Source: Podarcis cretensis (taxonomy: Eukaryota). From it: a DNA stretch of 64,000 nucleotides. The notes under the pieces are model-generated. The model did not search any database, was not told where the DNA came from, and saw only the letters and a list, made by a program, of their open reading frames with translations. Where the stretch lies: NCBI GenBank assembly GCA_951804945.1, contig OX638156.1, forward strand, positions 67,084,001-67,148,000, read 5' to 3'. Position 1 is the first letter of the stretch; every line of letters starts with the position of its first letter. Made by a program: the position numbers and the translations under genes. Positions 49,101 to 61,066 of the stretch are shown piece after piece.

Positions 49101-52100
49101 ATTGCTTGGAACCTGAGATAAGTAAGGCCCCTTGCTCTCTACAAACCCTGGACTCCAAAACATGGTTTGGGACTCATGCACTAGTGCAGACCATAAAAGG
49201 TGCCTTCTATTTAGTTGCAGAGTTAAAACCAGACACTTGCAGAGCACACCACCTGGTGAATTAGATGCCCTCTAGCCTCTCATCCTTCTACAATTCTACA
49301 TAAGAGTTTAAGAATATGATAAATGTTGGAAAGTCAGGAGTTTTCAGCTACCTGGGAATCTCAGCTTGTATCGTAAGAAAAGGAAATTGCAAAGACAGCT
49401 TGGGAAACAAGGGAGAACTGACTGCTAAAACCTCAAAAGCCAGTGGGGTAGAGGCCAAAGGTGGTTCCCAGGGATTCCAGCCGAGACTTCATTGCTTCTG
49501 CACACAAACTAGCAGAAACCAATATGCAAAATTAAGTGGAGTGATTTTATGTGGGTCACAGAATCCAAAATTTGGGGTCAACAGCACACAGGTTACTTTT
49601 TGTTTGTTCGATGTTTAACCCATCTTCAACACCCAAGGGAGAGAGAGCACAAGGAGGAAAAGAAAAAACAAGGGTATGTTGCAGTGTCTAAAATCACAGA
49701 GTCACTGCCAGCAGCTGCCTGCTCCATGGTTCAGAATGCCAGAGGGGAAAGGGCACATGTGTGACACTGGCAAAAATGCACTTAAGATCCTTTGGGTCAG
49801 GGATCATCCAGGAAAAGGAAAACCATCTGTGGGTCCCAATACTAACAGTTGCCTTGCAATTTACCCAAATAAGATGATCCCAGCATTAGCTTTTTCTCTT
49901 CCTCTGACTGGTTGCTTTGCTACAGGGCAAAGGCAGTGGGAGTTTTTACCAGACTTGCTACCCAGAGCCATCTAACCCAAGCCCTTCTGCATCCAAAGCA
50001 TGTGTCCTTCCACTGAACTATGGTCGCTCCCTGAGGACAGAGTACCTTTCCAAGGATGCTAACTTCCAACCAAGGAGTGCTGTCTTACTCTGTTTACTGA
50101 AGAGAAGGTGTGCTCATTCATACTGGCCAGAAACAAATGCTTCCTGCATGTGATTTATACCACTGGAGGGGGTGGGGCTAGAGATAAAAGGACAAGCATA
50201 TCCAGCTCAGCCAAGAATGAAGAAAAGTTGCCAAAAACAGTAGGGCAAGAATTCCTCTGCAAAGGTCCCACCTCCATCAGCCACACCCAGGGTAGATCTG
50301 ACCACCCTACTGTCAGTCTTGACGTCAGATTCCTTAGGCCCAAAGGGAAATGGCCTTTAGGCTGCTCTAAAATCCAGACAGCCTCTTTGCTCTGCAAGTT
50401 CTGGGTGCTAAGATAAGGTATAGAAACTTCTATTGGACAGCAACAATGGAGCAGGTTTTGGAAGTGCTTTTAAGTACCTAATAGGGAAAACAACCCGACA
50501 CATCATTTTAGTGTACACAAAAACGATGCACGAAGTTCATAACCAATTCACCACACCACAACTAGAGTTTAAAAAAATAAAAACAAAAGAGCAGAACGCT
50601 TACGACAATGATGGATATAAAGCACCAGCTGTTCAGGGGGGAAGAGGGGGGCAGATAATGAAAAGGAAAGGAAAGCCACATCTGAAAGACACTTTTTATT
50701 TGGGCAAGCTTTTAGCCGCAGGGAATCCACATTGGTGTTGTGTTATTTCAGCTGCGTGTTTATATCTGCAATATATTTGGCATTTTATACAACTGTTATC
50801 TTTTAGGATGCTGTACAATGCTCAGACTTGAAGATACGACCAAATATGAATATAAAAATACATTCCATAGTTTGAGAGAAGACTTTGAAGAGAGGAAATG
50901 CCGCTGTGTTCATCAGCCCAGACTGACTTCACCCGCCTGAGAAAGCTCAGGAATCTTTGCACCAGGCCACTGTCCAAAACATGTGACAATCGTTTAAGAA
51001 GCCAGGCAGTTACTGATCTGTAGCCATCTTGATCCAAGGAGGCTCAGGGGCTTTAGAAGGTTAGAGATGTTTGGCACCGATTTGAGTCTTAATGCTGGAG
51101 CGCTTCAAGACACATTAGTGCACCTAGATGCTGCAACTAATTGCGAACACAGCTGGGAGGCTAGATCAAGGAATCTGGGCCTTGAAACAAGGACATATCA
51201 GGGACTGAGACTAGATCCGGCTCAGTGAACCATTGTGGGCCTGGAAGCCTGACTCTCTGCTCTTCCTTGGCCAACATAGGAGTTTCTTCCTGCCTACTGC
51301 GTGCCATGATCCAGCTCATGCTACTGAACTTTGAAGTCCTGAACTAAAAGCTGCATGCCCCCCGCTGTCTCAGTAGTTCCAACCATGACCCTACATACCA
51401 CAAGAAGGACTGGGGTGATGGGGATGCAAGCCCCAGCTCTGTACCACACACACTCCACTACTGTCTATTCTAATTAGCAGCAGCCCTCTAGAGCTCTGGT
51501 GTGTTCTGCTGAAGATGCTAGGGAATGAATTTGGGGCCTTTGGCATAGAAAGCAGGTCCTCCATCACCAAGCTAGGTGCCATCCAAGACCCAGTTAAGCC
51601 AGTATGCCAAGAGACTGGGAGCACTGGCCCAAGGGATGCAGCTGCAACTCTGCAGCATGTGACTAGAGGCTGCATTTGGCCCGGGGCAGAGGGAAGAGCG
51701 AGAAGATTGGCAGATGTCTGTTTTACAAACCAACACTGCACCTACACAAATCCATGGCACACATGGGAAAGGGTCTCCCTGCATTGCTGCTTCTGGCTGA
51801 CGTTTTGACAGCTTTAAAATACACAAGCCTGAAATACGAAAGTGCCTGGGTTTATTGGTTCTTGAGCTGGGAGCAGCTTCATCGATGACGGCCGTTTGTC
51901 TGAGAGTATGATTAAGTTATTTCGAAAACGGGCCCTCGCTGTGCCTCTGGAGAGATTCCAAACTTTCTGCACTTGTTTTGAAATTTTGAGTTGCTGCTGG
52001 AAGGTTCCTGTGACTTGGCACGGCTGGGTACTTCTCCTGCTTTGACGCCTCCCAGCTCAACTTGGGGGGCATCCTGGGCTGCAACGTTGCTGCAGAGCAG

Positions 52101-52654
52101 CAGGCAGTGAAGAATGCTGATCCAAGAACTGTGAGGTTTCACTCAAAAGCTCTCAATGCACGTGCATCATTCTGTCCTCCACCCTTAATGCCCAACCATT
52201 CCTGCCTGTTGCCTCTATTCTTCCAGCTCTGCCCTTCTTCATACAGTTCTGGCTCCTACACCTGGAACTCCACCCCTCGACACCTAACTGCATGGTGTGA
52301 TCCCCATCTCACAGTCTCAAAACCTACATTGTCTGTAACTTAACCTTTTTTCTTTTTGGCCTAACTGCTTCATCCTTATTCCCAACCAAAAATGCATTGG
52401 CTTACTCACATTTAAACCTTGGTGCTGCCAACCCTCCCTTCTGTTGTTTTCCTTTGCTTGTGGACACTTACTAGAGAGCAGGCATGTGGTGCTACTTGGA
52501 GAGGAATATGAAGACCACATTGCAGAGTCAGGAGGCAACATTCACATCATGATGGTTGAGCTTCTCCAGGACCAAGTGTGTGCCCTTCTGGAAGTCTCAT
52601 CTCACCTTTCATGCATTAAGGAAGTACCATAACTATGACCACAACATCAACCTA

Positions 52655-52697
<43 letters not shown>

Positions 52698-55600
52698 GCT
52701 CCCAGCACCTGCTATCTCAGGAATACTTCCTCCAGGCCAAGAGGGCACTCTAGCCTTTTACCTTGGGGTTAGTCCGCTGCTGAAGCCTCCTCTCTTCCCT
52801 CTCTCTCTGCAAACGCTCAAATTCCTCCCTGATCTCAGCAGGCGTCCTCCTCCTTTCCACCACCTGCGGGAGAAGGAATCAAGCATTTAGAGGTTATTTG
52901 GCAGCAGGACAGCCAGCAAACAAACAAACAACTGTGGGGCGTTTAATCAGAGATGCAACTGGAAACACTCGAGGGCTTTTAACTCTCTATAGACAGGCAG
53001 GCTCGGAAGGGCTTTCTGTTTCCTTTCTTCACGCTGCAACATTCTCTCTCTTTCTGTGTCGTTCCCTCCTAGACAAAAGCACAGAGCTTTTATTGTTTTA
53101 TTTAGAGTTACCAGTTACACTCCTGGCGCCCGGCTTCGTAAAAACAAATGCATGCAATATGAAACCCTGGCAACCCTAGTAGGGAGCCCACACAAAACAT
53201 GACGTCCATTGAACTGACAGTGTACCAGCATAATATAACAAAACAAGGAGCACCATTCCAAAGAGAGACAACTGCTCAGTGCAGGATATGCTGGCACCCA
53301 GATAAATGAATTGCAAGCAGTAAGTTGAGGTTCTTCAGTTTCCTAAGAATCCATCTTACACCAGCAACTTTTTTTGTCTTTCAGGCCATAAATGACAAAG
53401 CAGGCACAAATTACAATAATGGCAGCACACGAATGCATTCAAACATGAGGTTGCTTTGCTGAAGCTCAACAGGTCTGGATCCAGTCAGTTCATGTATGGG
53501 AAACCACCACATGTCCCCAAATGCACCTCCCTATGTTCTAGCATGGAAGGAAGGTAGGGTATAAATATAAGTGAATCTAAGGCCAGCAGCACAAGGCCAA
53601 TTTCACAGGCACCGGGGGTTTTGCACTTGTGATAACAATCCTCACTTTTTAGAGTATTTTAAAGAAGAAAGTATCATAACTCAGTGGCAGAGCATCTGCT
53701 TTGCATGCAGAATGTCACAGGTTTAACCCCTGGCATCTCCAGGAGAGCTGCTGCCAGTTGGTGTAGACAATACTGAGCTACATATACATACTGTCTAAGG
53801 CAGTTTCCGATGTTTAAAGTGCTTCGTCTACATTTTCTCAGGAATCTGTACAACCCCACAAGTGACATCAATACTATCTTCCCCAATATTGCAGATGTGG
53901 CATGCCTGCGGCTGCTGCTGCTGGTGGGGCTTGTCTAAAGGGACCAAGTGAGTTCATGGCAAAGGTTAAATTGGGTTGTATCCAAGGCTAGCCCTACACA
54001 GAGGAGGCCCACTGCATACAACTAAGCTTAGGTCCATTAATTTCAATGCCCTACTCTGAGTAGAATTTGGTTGGATACAACCCTTAGTCACTACACAAGG
54101 TTAACTCTCCAAACATGTACCTATAAGACTGCCTAAGCTAGCCGTTTCTTAAGACAGCAACCAAGGCCACAACAGCTTTATTTGACAGGTGGAGATTTGC
54201 CTTTCCTAAGGAAGGAGCTGCATTCTGAGTGCCATGGAAATGTAATTTCCCCCGGAAGAGAAACATTTCCTTGGCTGCAGAGGCCACCAACTCTGAAGAC
54301 AGGTTGTAGCAGAAACTTTAAGAGGCCTGAGTTTGGGGAAGAAATCACATCCATTCTCCCTACCCCCAATACCAGGTTCTAAAACTATTTGATGGAAACG
54401 AGGGGATTAAATCAGCTGAGTCTGGCAAGGCCAGAAGGGGTGAGATTTGTTGTGGAGAATCCGAACCGCTTAACCTCTGCAAACCTGAATTAATGACTTT
54501 AAATTACTTTATCTCTGACATTCCTTGTGGCAGGAGGAAGCAAAAAAATGGCTCCAAGGGTCTCCATTCACTCAATTTCTAGGCATCAGATTATAGAGCA
54601 AGTTGCGCATTCCAAACACATCTGACAGGGCTAACTGCAAGGTCAAGAACACCTGCCCCTTGGCATCCCAATGAGGCCAGCAAGAGCTTGATCCGTCTTC
54701 CGTGTTCAATGCAGTGGTTTTACTGGATACTTTTTAAAAACAGGCTTTCGATTTGTTCTTATTTGTTACATGTTGTATCTGGGTCCGTTCTCCAAAAGTG
54801 GCTTTTTCACCTCTCAGACACCATGTGAGCTAAGCAAGCCTGGGAGGGAGGTTTGCTGTAAGCCGAACAGACACAACCCGGGTTATCTGCACACAAACTG
54901 GGGGCCACATCCTTTGTCTTTCACCACCATTGTTTACTGCCTCAGCAGCTAGGCATAGATTCAAGTCTGTCCACTAGCTTACAATCTAAACGGCAGCAGA
55001 CTGGGAGCGGGGGCTGTTAGTTTGCTACTGAAAACTAGCGAGGGAAAAATGCCAGATTATAATTGCAAGTTTTTAAAGGGTGAGGAAATGTAAAGACAAC
55101 TTAACAAAGCTTTGAAACTGTTACACGCAATATTTAAGAAACACTTCCAGTATTCTGAGTGTGACTATTTTTGCTGCTGCTACTGTTCTGTCATTTTATG
55201 ATAAATCATATTATCAGTGTAGCATTCTTTCTGGTGTATTATTGTTGCAATTTTTTCCCCATACATACGTATTCTCTATTCTGGGACCTTGAGGTGAAGG
55301 GTAGATTGCAAATGCTTCAAATAAAATGGAAGGATAAATAGAATTATAGGGAAATAATAAGATCCAGAATTTGCTCTCACAAGAAGCAGTGCTAGCCGCA
55401 AACATGGATGCTCTTAAAAGGGGGGTTAGACAAATCTGTGGAGGATAAGGACTAGATGGGCCCTTGGCCTTATTCAGCAGCAAGGCTCTTCTTAGGTTCT
55501 CATAACATTTTCTGCTCATTGTTTAGATGGTATTGCCACCCAAGTTTTGTTCCAGCAACTACATTCCCCTCTCTTCACGCCTCCACTTTAAGCTCCTTGT

Positions 55601-58600
55601 ACTGTATGTACTTTCCAGTGTCTCCACATCCAATGCTCATCTAGAGCAACCTTCTCTCTCTGCTGGTTCCTCTCTGGGGCCTTTGCTATACAGGGCCCAA
55701 ACTTCTTGTCCGGACTAAAACAGCACTCTCAACTCCCCCTGTGCCCTTTTCTCTCTCTCTGATTGATGCTCTCTCCCTTTCCTCCCCCAAAGCTGCTAAT
55801 TTTAAATAGTTAACTTTCAAATTCTGTACGACACTTAGCAATTTCAGGAACTTAGTCCATAATAACCAGCCCAAATGCTCTTGAAGGTACCAGCCCAAAT
55901 GCTCTTGAAGGCAGGGGGATCAAGAGTGAGTGGCTAAGAATTTGCACTGCATAACAAATAAGCCATAATAGAGAAGATTACCACCCCAGGCCCCTCACAC
56001 ACAGCCCTGGTGCTGCTCCACACAGACCCCTTCCTCACCACTTCCCTTTCACCAGCAACTATACCAACATTGACAGGAAAGAAGCAAAAGGCAAGAAAGC
56101 TTGAGGGCTCTGAGCACAGGAGTACAGGAAGCTGCCTTATACTGAATCAGATAACTGGTCCACCTAGCTCAGTATTGTCTACACCAATTGGGAGCAGTTT
56201 TCCAAAGTTTCAGGCAGCAGTCTCTCCCAAGCCTATCTGGAGATGCCAGGGATTGAACCTGGGCCCTTCTGCATGCAAGGCAGATTCTCTACCCCTGAGT
56301 TCCGTCCCTTCCCCATGGAGAATATTGGTAGATGTTTTAAAAAGTAACACCAACTGACTCCCCAGAGTGAAAGCTATTACTGAAGTAGGGCAGGATCTAT
56401 ATTAAACAATTCATCCTGCAGCTGCAGGAACACAGAACCAGCCTTGATGGTGGCTCCATAAAACAAGCTCTGCTGGTTAGGTTTGGCATCAGAGTATGAG
56501 TCATGCGATGAAGCTTGTTTTTATCTATGGGGCACTATTCCTGTACAGTATAACATCTCTGAGTAAATATGGAGGGGGGGCACTTTGTGTACCTAACAAT
56601 GAAGGCAGTGAAGTCAACAGATGTTCTTATCACGATTAGATCTTAGGCTACGACCCTGATGAATGAGAAACCTAGGATAAATGAGGGTGAGGTAGGATTG
56701 ATGCACTCTGTGGCCAAGCTCCTCTTCAGGGAGTTGGGAGCCTCTCTATCCACAGCACCGCATTTCCAGGCTCAGAGTGACTGTACCCCCAAACCAAGGG
56801 TAAAACAAATATTGCTTCAACACACTCAATGGGGCAGAGGGAAAGAGTGACCAATTAAGCAGTGGCAGGTTTTGATTTCTTCTGTTGTTTAAACACCACA
56901 GCACTGCCACACTGAAGAAACTCAAAAGTCACTTCTCAGTTAATGTTGGATCAGCTTGATGTCCAAGCTGGAGAGCAGGAAAGGATTTTCCACTGGATAG
57001 AGAAGGGCATCAACTGTCAGAGGTGAAAGCCTGAGCTTGTCCTGAGTAACATGGGCACAGGAGTCTTTGCATACACCTTCAGTTTCTCATGTATAGCCCA
57101 AACAACACCAATGAAAGTGGCTGAGAGGATTCCGAGACTGAACAACTTGCAGGTTCTATCTGGCTGCAATGGTCTTACCTCCCATCCTTCCATTTCGAGG
57201 CCTCTCTTTCCATATATGTCATAGATGGCTCTTGTCTGTGGGTCACTGAGCACTGAAAATCAAAACCAAAACATGTTCAGAGCATGCCGCAGTCAAAGCA
57301 GAGTTCAGACAGAAGTACACGCACACACACATGCACACATAAACATACTCTCCAGCACCTTCCAAATACATTTTCAGGAAACCTAAAACCAAGTCACCAA
57401 ACACACATTCCACAAAGACAATGTGGCCACCTCAAGCTCACTGCCAAATATGCCTATGTGACACACCTCTTTGCATACCTAGATTTACATTTTTAAATGC
57501 ATGCACCTAGAAAACAAGCTGGGAGGCAGGACCTCTTCGCAGGAGAATGCCAAGCGCGTTTCTAGAACAGATTTTTCAAAGCACAACTCTTGGAATGCAA
57601 AGGGTTGAGGATTTCCCCCTACACAGACATCACCCATTTCAAGGTCTCTGCTGGATTTCCCTCCCGCTCTTCAAGCGTGTTCCCATGCATCACAAGGCCT
57701 AATTAAGAACGCTGTAAACGATTCCGCCCACGTCCAAGCCTAATGGGAGGAAAGGAATGCTGACCATTCAGAAAACACCAGAACCAAATTTCTTTAGCTA
57801 ATCTCTGGGATTTAATAAAAAATCATTTATTCACCATTTCACTTTAGCTTCCCTTTGGGCCAAACCGCTGGGCGACGAGGACTGCTGGTGCTGCAGTTTT
57901 TCTACTGGGGTGGGGGTAGAATCCTGCAAGCTCCTAATTCACTTAAGTTTCAGTTACTTCTCCCCAAATTTCAAAAAATGCTGCAAACAAACTATCAATA
58001 ATTCAGACGCATGCAAGATTCATTCAACCAAACCCAGATAACAGAATATAATCAAAAGGGCAACAGTTTCGATGAAAGACGGAGCGGAAACACACACAGC
58101 CCATCTGCCTGTGACTGCAGAGCTGAGAATCTGGAGAGATTGCATTATCTTGACTATGCAGATTTATCACCCAACACACTCCAGAGTTTCCTGATGGCTA
58201 TTAACATCTATTTTTTTTGGCAACAACCCCCACCCCCGGCAAACTGAGATAAGAGATAAGCTTTTACAGCAGATTGGGGAAAGTCTTTATTTCGGAGAGG
58301 AACATCTTCTTCTATACTTAGTTAAGTCTAATTATAGGAGAATTGCATGCCAAGCATAGCAAACAGCATCTCGAGTGAATTATAGCCCATACTTTCGCTG
58401 GTGGAAGAAATTCTCATCTCCCCTGTAATCCTTCATGGGAAGCAAAACCAGCCTGATGAGAAGCACTTACAGTTACGACTGCTTCAGATGACTATTTCAG
58501 TGCTGACACAGTTGGATTTTTTTTACATTTCCTTTCCACATCATGAACTTCTGTCTATTTTTTGTGCCGAGCAAAATAAGAAACAAAAACTAAAGAAAAA

Positions 58601-61066
58601 ACCCCCAATGCCCCTATTCTGCAATTACACATCATCCCTGCATCTGCCACCAAAAGAGCTCACCAAGGAATCTGGTACTCACAAGGCAGCTCTAGATAAG
58701 AAAAGGAGGATGTGGTTGCAGTTGCACATAACAGGGAGTCAGTGGGGTGGGCAGACTATGTTCTAATGCTAAGTGGAAATCTGGGTAACCTTGGAGGCCT
58801 CCCTCAACTTCAGTTCTGCTGCCTGTCTAACAGAAAGCTCTCACCTTGCAAAGGGTTCCGAGCATGCTCGGCTGACTGCTTACAACAGGGGTGTGGAATT
58901 GGATCTGAACAGGGGACCAGAGCATTATCTCCCCTATCCCCTTGCAGACCACACTTCAGCAGGAAGGTGCGGTCACCCAGTTGCCAACCACTGGCATGAC
59001 ATCAGGTGGCCCATTTTAGCTCATGTGGTTTGAAATCAAACCACTGCACTCTGCAAGACCTGAGCATGAGCAGATAGCCAAAGCCTGTGAAGTACTGTGT
59101 GTGATAGTGGGTGCTGCTAACAGGCAGTGCCCACAATCCTCTTTCTGGTCCACCTGTCAAAAATCACACAGGTTGCCAAGTTTAGGGCAGGTGGCAGTCA
59201 TTCAGTCAGAGCAACCTCATGGACCATGTTCGATTTACAGACCAGAGCCTCCCTGCCCATGGCTTGCAGCAAATCCCAAAAGAGCAGAGTGCTAGTCCTG
59301 TTACAACCAGCACAAACATGAATTCTCCAGCACCTTAAAGACTTAAAGAGATCCACTGAGGTGCCAGCTTTTGTGGACTAGAGTCTGCTTGCCCATGCAA
59401 GGCTGCCATCAGCACCTATTGCACTGATCTCCAATTGGTGCCAAGACATGGAAGGGTGTAACAAGAAAACCAGTGTGGTGCAGCTGACAAAAGCACTGGA
59501 CTTTAACCTTGCAATAGCCCTATAGTATGACACTTATGTTCTCTGCACCAAGCTGCTGGAAGGAAGGTGGGGTGCTGAAGAATATATAAATATACCTGTC
59601 TTTGGACTATACTCGTTCAGGGTTATAATCTTTAAACAGTGCTTTCGGCTTTATAAAAACTGTCCCAGGACCTCAGAAGGGGGCTTGGGACATGAAGCCT
59701 CCCTTGGACCAGGGAGATATACTTTTGGTGCATAAACACACAGTTCTGGGGTGGTCAAGAGAAAACCACATGATTTGAAGGGTGGTGTCCCTAGGAATCT
59801 GTCAAGCAACAGAGGGATTAGTATAGGCAGCGACCATTTTGTGTGTGTTCAATTGGCACATGACCGCCAATGTACATGTTTTCTGGCCCTTTGGCTTATG
59901 CGCGCTCCACCAACATGCGCAAAGACCCGGAATAAAACCCCTGTGCAAATGGGGAGTTGCCCATATAGCAAGGGAACAAGGATGAAAGTACCTCTGGGGA
60001 AAGTTGGTGTTTCCTCACCCTGCTTACTCCACGCTCTTGAGATTCAGCTGAAGATCTCCTGGGAAATGCTGCTCCCTGCCCACAGAGCAAAAAGTCCTCC
60101 ACCAACTTGATGCAGACATTCTGACACAGCCTGCCTCCTACCAACCATGTGTGTTGAGATTCTGTCCCATAATGACCAAATGCTGGCTCATGTGCAGCAG
60201 AGGATCGCTGATCCTACATATGGAAGCCTCAGAGCTGTTGGATTGGAGAGTGGTATGAGGAAGGCAACTGACTGTGCAAGTTAGCAGCATCTTTGTTCAA
60301 GCACTGCATGGCCTTACAAGCTGAAAGCGAAAAACTGGTGTTGGCTGCTGCACAGAGAGGTTAGACTGGAAGTTGCCTAGAGAAGCATGCTTCTTCAGTC
60401 TTACTCCTGGCTTTCTAGTCTAGTTCGCTACTAGAAAAGAGGATTGACTAGCTGGCATTAAGAGGTGGTCACTTCAAAACCCTTCCATGTCATACTCATA
60501 GAATGAGACTCCGTGGTCAGAATCTTTATTGGCTTGTTAGTGTATATCCTTGGGACCCACCAAAACCACATATATGTTCACTCATAGGAACATACTGAAT
60601 CGGGCCAATGCTTCATCTAGCTCAGTATGGGCTACACTGACTGGCAGCAGCTCTCTGGGGTTTCAGGCAGGTTTCTCTCCCAGCCCGACCTGGAGATGCC
60701 AGGAACCGAACCTGAGACCCACCACATGTAGTAGATGCTCTACCACTGAACTACAGCCCTTCCAACGACTCATTTGTCAAAAACTGATAGTCCAGGTATT
60801 GATTCTCTCATATGAAAATGAAAAAACCAGATACTGCCTTTAACAGCAAAAAGACTCGCTGTCTGGATTCCAAGCTTTAAAATCCATTGGCAGCTGCTGA
60901 GCCGAGAATGGCTGTGAATCTCCGGCATCCACTGACCTTCATAAGCCTGATGGAGAAGGTTGAAGAGCTGCTCGGCCTGCCTCTTGAGCTCTGGGTCCCT
61001 GTGCTTGTCAGGATGGTACAGCATACACAGCCTACGGTAGGCGGCTTTCAGCTCTTCCTGAGAGGC
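21241..61066 (-). CDS. DNAJC11: DnaJ homolog subfamily C member 11 (mitochondrial outer-membrane J-protein), exons 2-16, 1608 nt, 5'-partial
   Basis: J-domain with HPD motif; 15 GT-AG exons with continuous phase; C-terminus [12 protein letters not shown]...RIPKQSHRIDADS*; exon 1 not in window. Confidence 0.97.
22398..22527 (-). CDS. DNAJC11: DNAJC11 exon 15, 130 nt
   Basis: ttgcag|[44 protein letters not shown]|gtaagt. Confidence 0.96.
23213..23355 (-). CDS. DNAJC11: DNAJC11 exon 14, 143 nt
   Basis: atgcag|[16 protein letters not shown]...[24 protein letters not shown]|gtaagg. Confidence 0.96.
23666..23838 (-). mobile_element. Squam3-like SINE
   Basis: GAACCTGAGACCTTCTGCATGCAAAGCA on plus strand, homologous to the 56117 and 60583 copies. 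Confidence 0.65.
24077..24134 (-). CDS. DNAJC11: DNAJC11 exon 13, 58 nt
   Basis: gcttag|[20 protein letters not shown]|gtaagg. Confidence 0.95.
25690..25759 (-). CDS. DNAJC11: DNAJC11 exon 12, 70 nt
   Basis: cgttag|[24 protein letters not shown]|gtgagt. Confidence 0.94.
26470..26625 (-). CDS. DNAJC11: DNAJC11 exon 11, 156 nt
   Basis: tctcag|[54 protein letters not shown]|gtgagt. Confidence 0.96.
28014..28130 (-). CDS. DNAJC11: DNAJC11 exon 10, 117 nt
   Basis: tttcag|[41 protein letters not shown]|gtgagt. Confidence 0.96.
28470..28555 (-). CDS. DNAJC11: DNAJC11 exon 9, 86 nt
   Basis: ccacag|[30 protein letters not shown]|gtaagt. Confidence 0.96.
29104..29293 (-). CDS. DNAJC11: DNAJC11 exon 8, 190 nt
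   Basis: tcgcag|[41 protein letters not shown]...TMAFQ|gtaggg. Confidence 0.96.
30104..30836 (+). mobile_element. solo LTR (733 bp) in DNAJC11 intron 7
   Basis: TG...CA ends with 11-bp inverted termini TGTTATAAGAA/TTCTTATAACA, 4-bp TSD CTGG, internal AATAAA at 30690-30695. Confidence 0.8.
32264..32337 (-). CDS. DNAJC11: DNAJC11 exon 7, 74 nt
   Basis: gtgcag|[26 protein letters not shown]|gtaaga. Confidence 0.95.
32813..32935 (-). CDS. DNAJC11: DNAJC11 exon 6, 123 nt
   Basis: ttgcag|[41 protein letters not shown]|gtaaga. Confidence 0.96.
33790..34173 (+). mobile_element. Sauria (Squam1-type) SINE, full length
   Basis: GGGACGCAGGTGGCGCTGTGG head, GTGCAAGTAGATAAATAGG core, (ACCTTT)-type tail; 13-bp TSD ACTACTACTAACA at 33775-33787 and 34174-34186. 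Confidence 0.9.
34469..34518. repeat. compound (CT)8-GT-(CA)16 microsatellite
   Basis: directly visible; begins 10 nt past the exon 5 donor. Confidence 0.95.
34529..34657 (-). CDS. DNAJC11: DNAJC11 exon 5, 129 nt
   Basis: ctccag|[43 protein letters not shown]|gtaaag. Confidence 0.96.
34838..35050 (-). mobile_element. MIR/L2-tailed SINE
   Basis: GTGACTAGCCCAAGGTCACCCAGC core; (GAA)n tail on the left. Confidence 0.65.
35180..35541 (-). mobile_element. Sauria (Squam1-type) SINE, full length, CpG-rich and probably young
   Basis: same head and core on minus strand, (ACCTTT)n tail; 13-bp TSD GGGCCAGTTTTAA at 35167-35179 and 35546-35558. Confidence 0.92.
35600..35880 (-). mobile_element. CR1 LINE 3' end fragment
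   Basis: GCTGGATCAGG...CCCATCCAAGTCCAGCATCCTGTT; homologous fragments near 7420-7670, 9260-9480, 30995-31195, 33180-33360 and 55375-55505. Confidence 0.6.
36614..36749. mobile_element. 136-bp palindromic hAT MITE
   Basis: long inverted arms, CAGG ends, 8-bp TSD GCCTACAA/GCTTACAA. Confidence 0.85.
36980..37438 (+). mobile_element. L2-like LINE 3' fragment
   Basis: degenerate ORF2 end [11 protein letters not shown] followed by AT-rich tail; related fragment at about 14985-15125 ([11 protein letters not shown]). Confidence 0.6.
39096..39500 (+). mobile_element. two tandem MIR-like SINE copies (about 39096-39305 and 39328-39500)
   Basis: each has GTGTGGT.TAGTG, GGTTCAAA(A)TCCCCA, CTCTCAGCCTAACCTACC and CCTTGGAGGAAA. 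Confidence 0.65.
40066..40128. repeat. (AAT)n microsatellite
   Basis: directly visible. Confidence 0.95.
42902..43025 (+). mobile_element. tRNA(Ile)-like-headed SINE with CR1-type tail, nested in a Squam3-like SINE
   Basis: TAGCTCAGTTGGTTAGAGC A-box, GGTTCGATCCC B-box, TTCCAACTCTA tail. Confidence 0.7.
43335..43462 (-). mobile_element. Squam3-like SINE, 5' part
   Basis: GCCAGGGATTGAATTTGGGACCTTCTGTATGCAAA. Confidence 0.7.
45057..45172. mobile_element. degenerate palindromic MITE
   Basis: CTCCAGATGTTG ... GATGGGAATTGTAGTCCAAACA arm. Confidence 0.55.
46889..47219 (-). mobile_element. Sauria (Squam1-type) SINE, near full length
   Basis: shares GGAAACGCCGTTTACCTTCCC and GGATTCGAACCGCCGACC with the 35180 copy. 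Confidence 0.88.
48565..48700. mobile_element. 136-bp palindromic hAT MITE, same family as 36614 in opposite orientation
   Basis: CAGGCA...TGCCTG ends, perfect 8-bp TSD ACTTAGAG. Confidence 0.88.
52657..52696. repeat. (CA)20 microsatellite
   Basis: directly visible. Confidence 0.95.
52762..52863 (-). CDS. DNAJC11: DNAJC11 exon 4, 102 nt
   Basis: ccgcag|[34 protein letters not shown]|gtaaaa. Confidence 0.96.
53675..53815 (+). mobile_element. Squam3-like SINE
   Basis: CTCAGTGGCAGAGCATCTGCTTTGCATGCAG head; GTAGACAATACTGAGCTA body. Confidence 0.72.
55865..55911. repeat. perfect local tandem duplication, period 24 bp
   Basis: ACCAGCCCAAATGCTCTTGAAGG twice, separated by one T. Confidence 0.9.
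56117..56312 (-). mobile_element. Squam3-like SINE, full length
   Basis: GGAAGCTGCCTTATACTGA...CTAGCTCAGTATTGTCTACAC...GATGCCAGGGATTGAACC. Confidence 0.78.
57179..57252 (-). CDS. DNAJC11: DNAJC11 exon 3, 74 nt
   Basis: tttcag|(V)[24 protein letters not shown]|gtaaga. Confidence 0.96.
60583..60763 (-). mobile_element. Squam3-like SINE
   Basis: same body and head motifs as 56117. Confidence 0.72.
60937..61066 (-). CDS. DNAJC11: DNAJC11 exon 2 (J-domain HPD), 130 nt
   Basis: cacag|[44 protein letters not shown]|gtcagt. Confidence 0.96.

Noticed and set aside
50982-51395. TG...CA-bounded LTR-like segment
   Set aside because: Flanks do not form a TSD and there is no clear poly(A) signal
51460-53815. 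Opposite-orientation Squam3-like copies flanking DNAJC11 exon 4
   Set aside because: The 51460 copy is too degenerate for a convincing duplex
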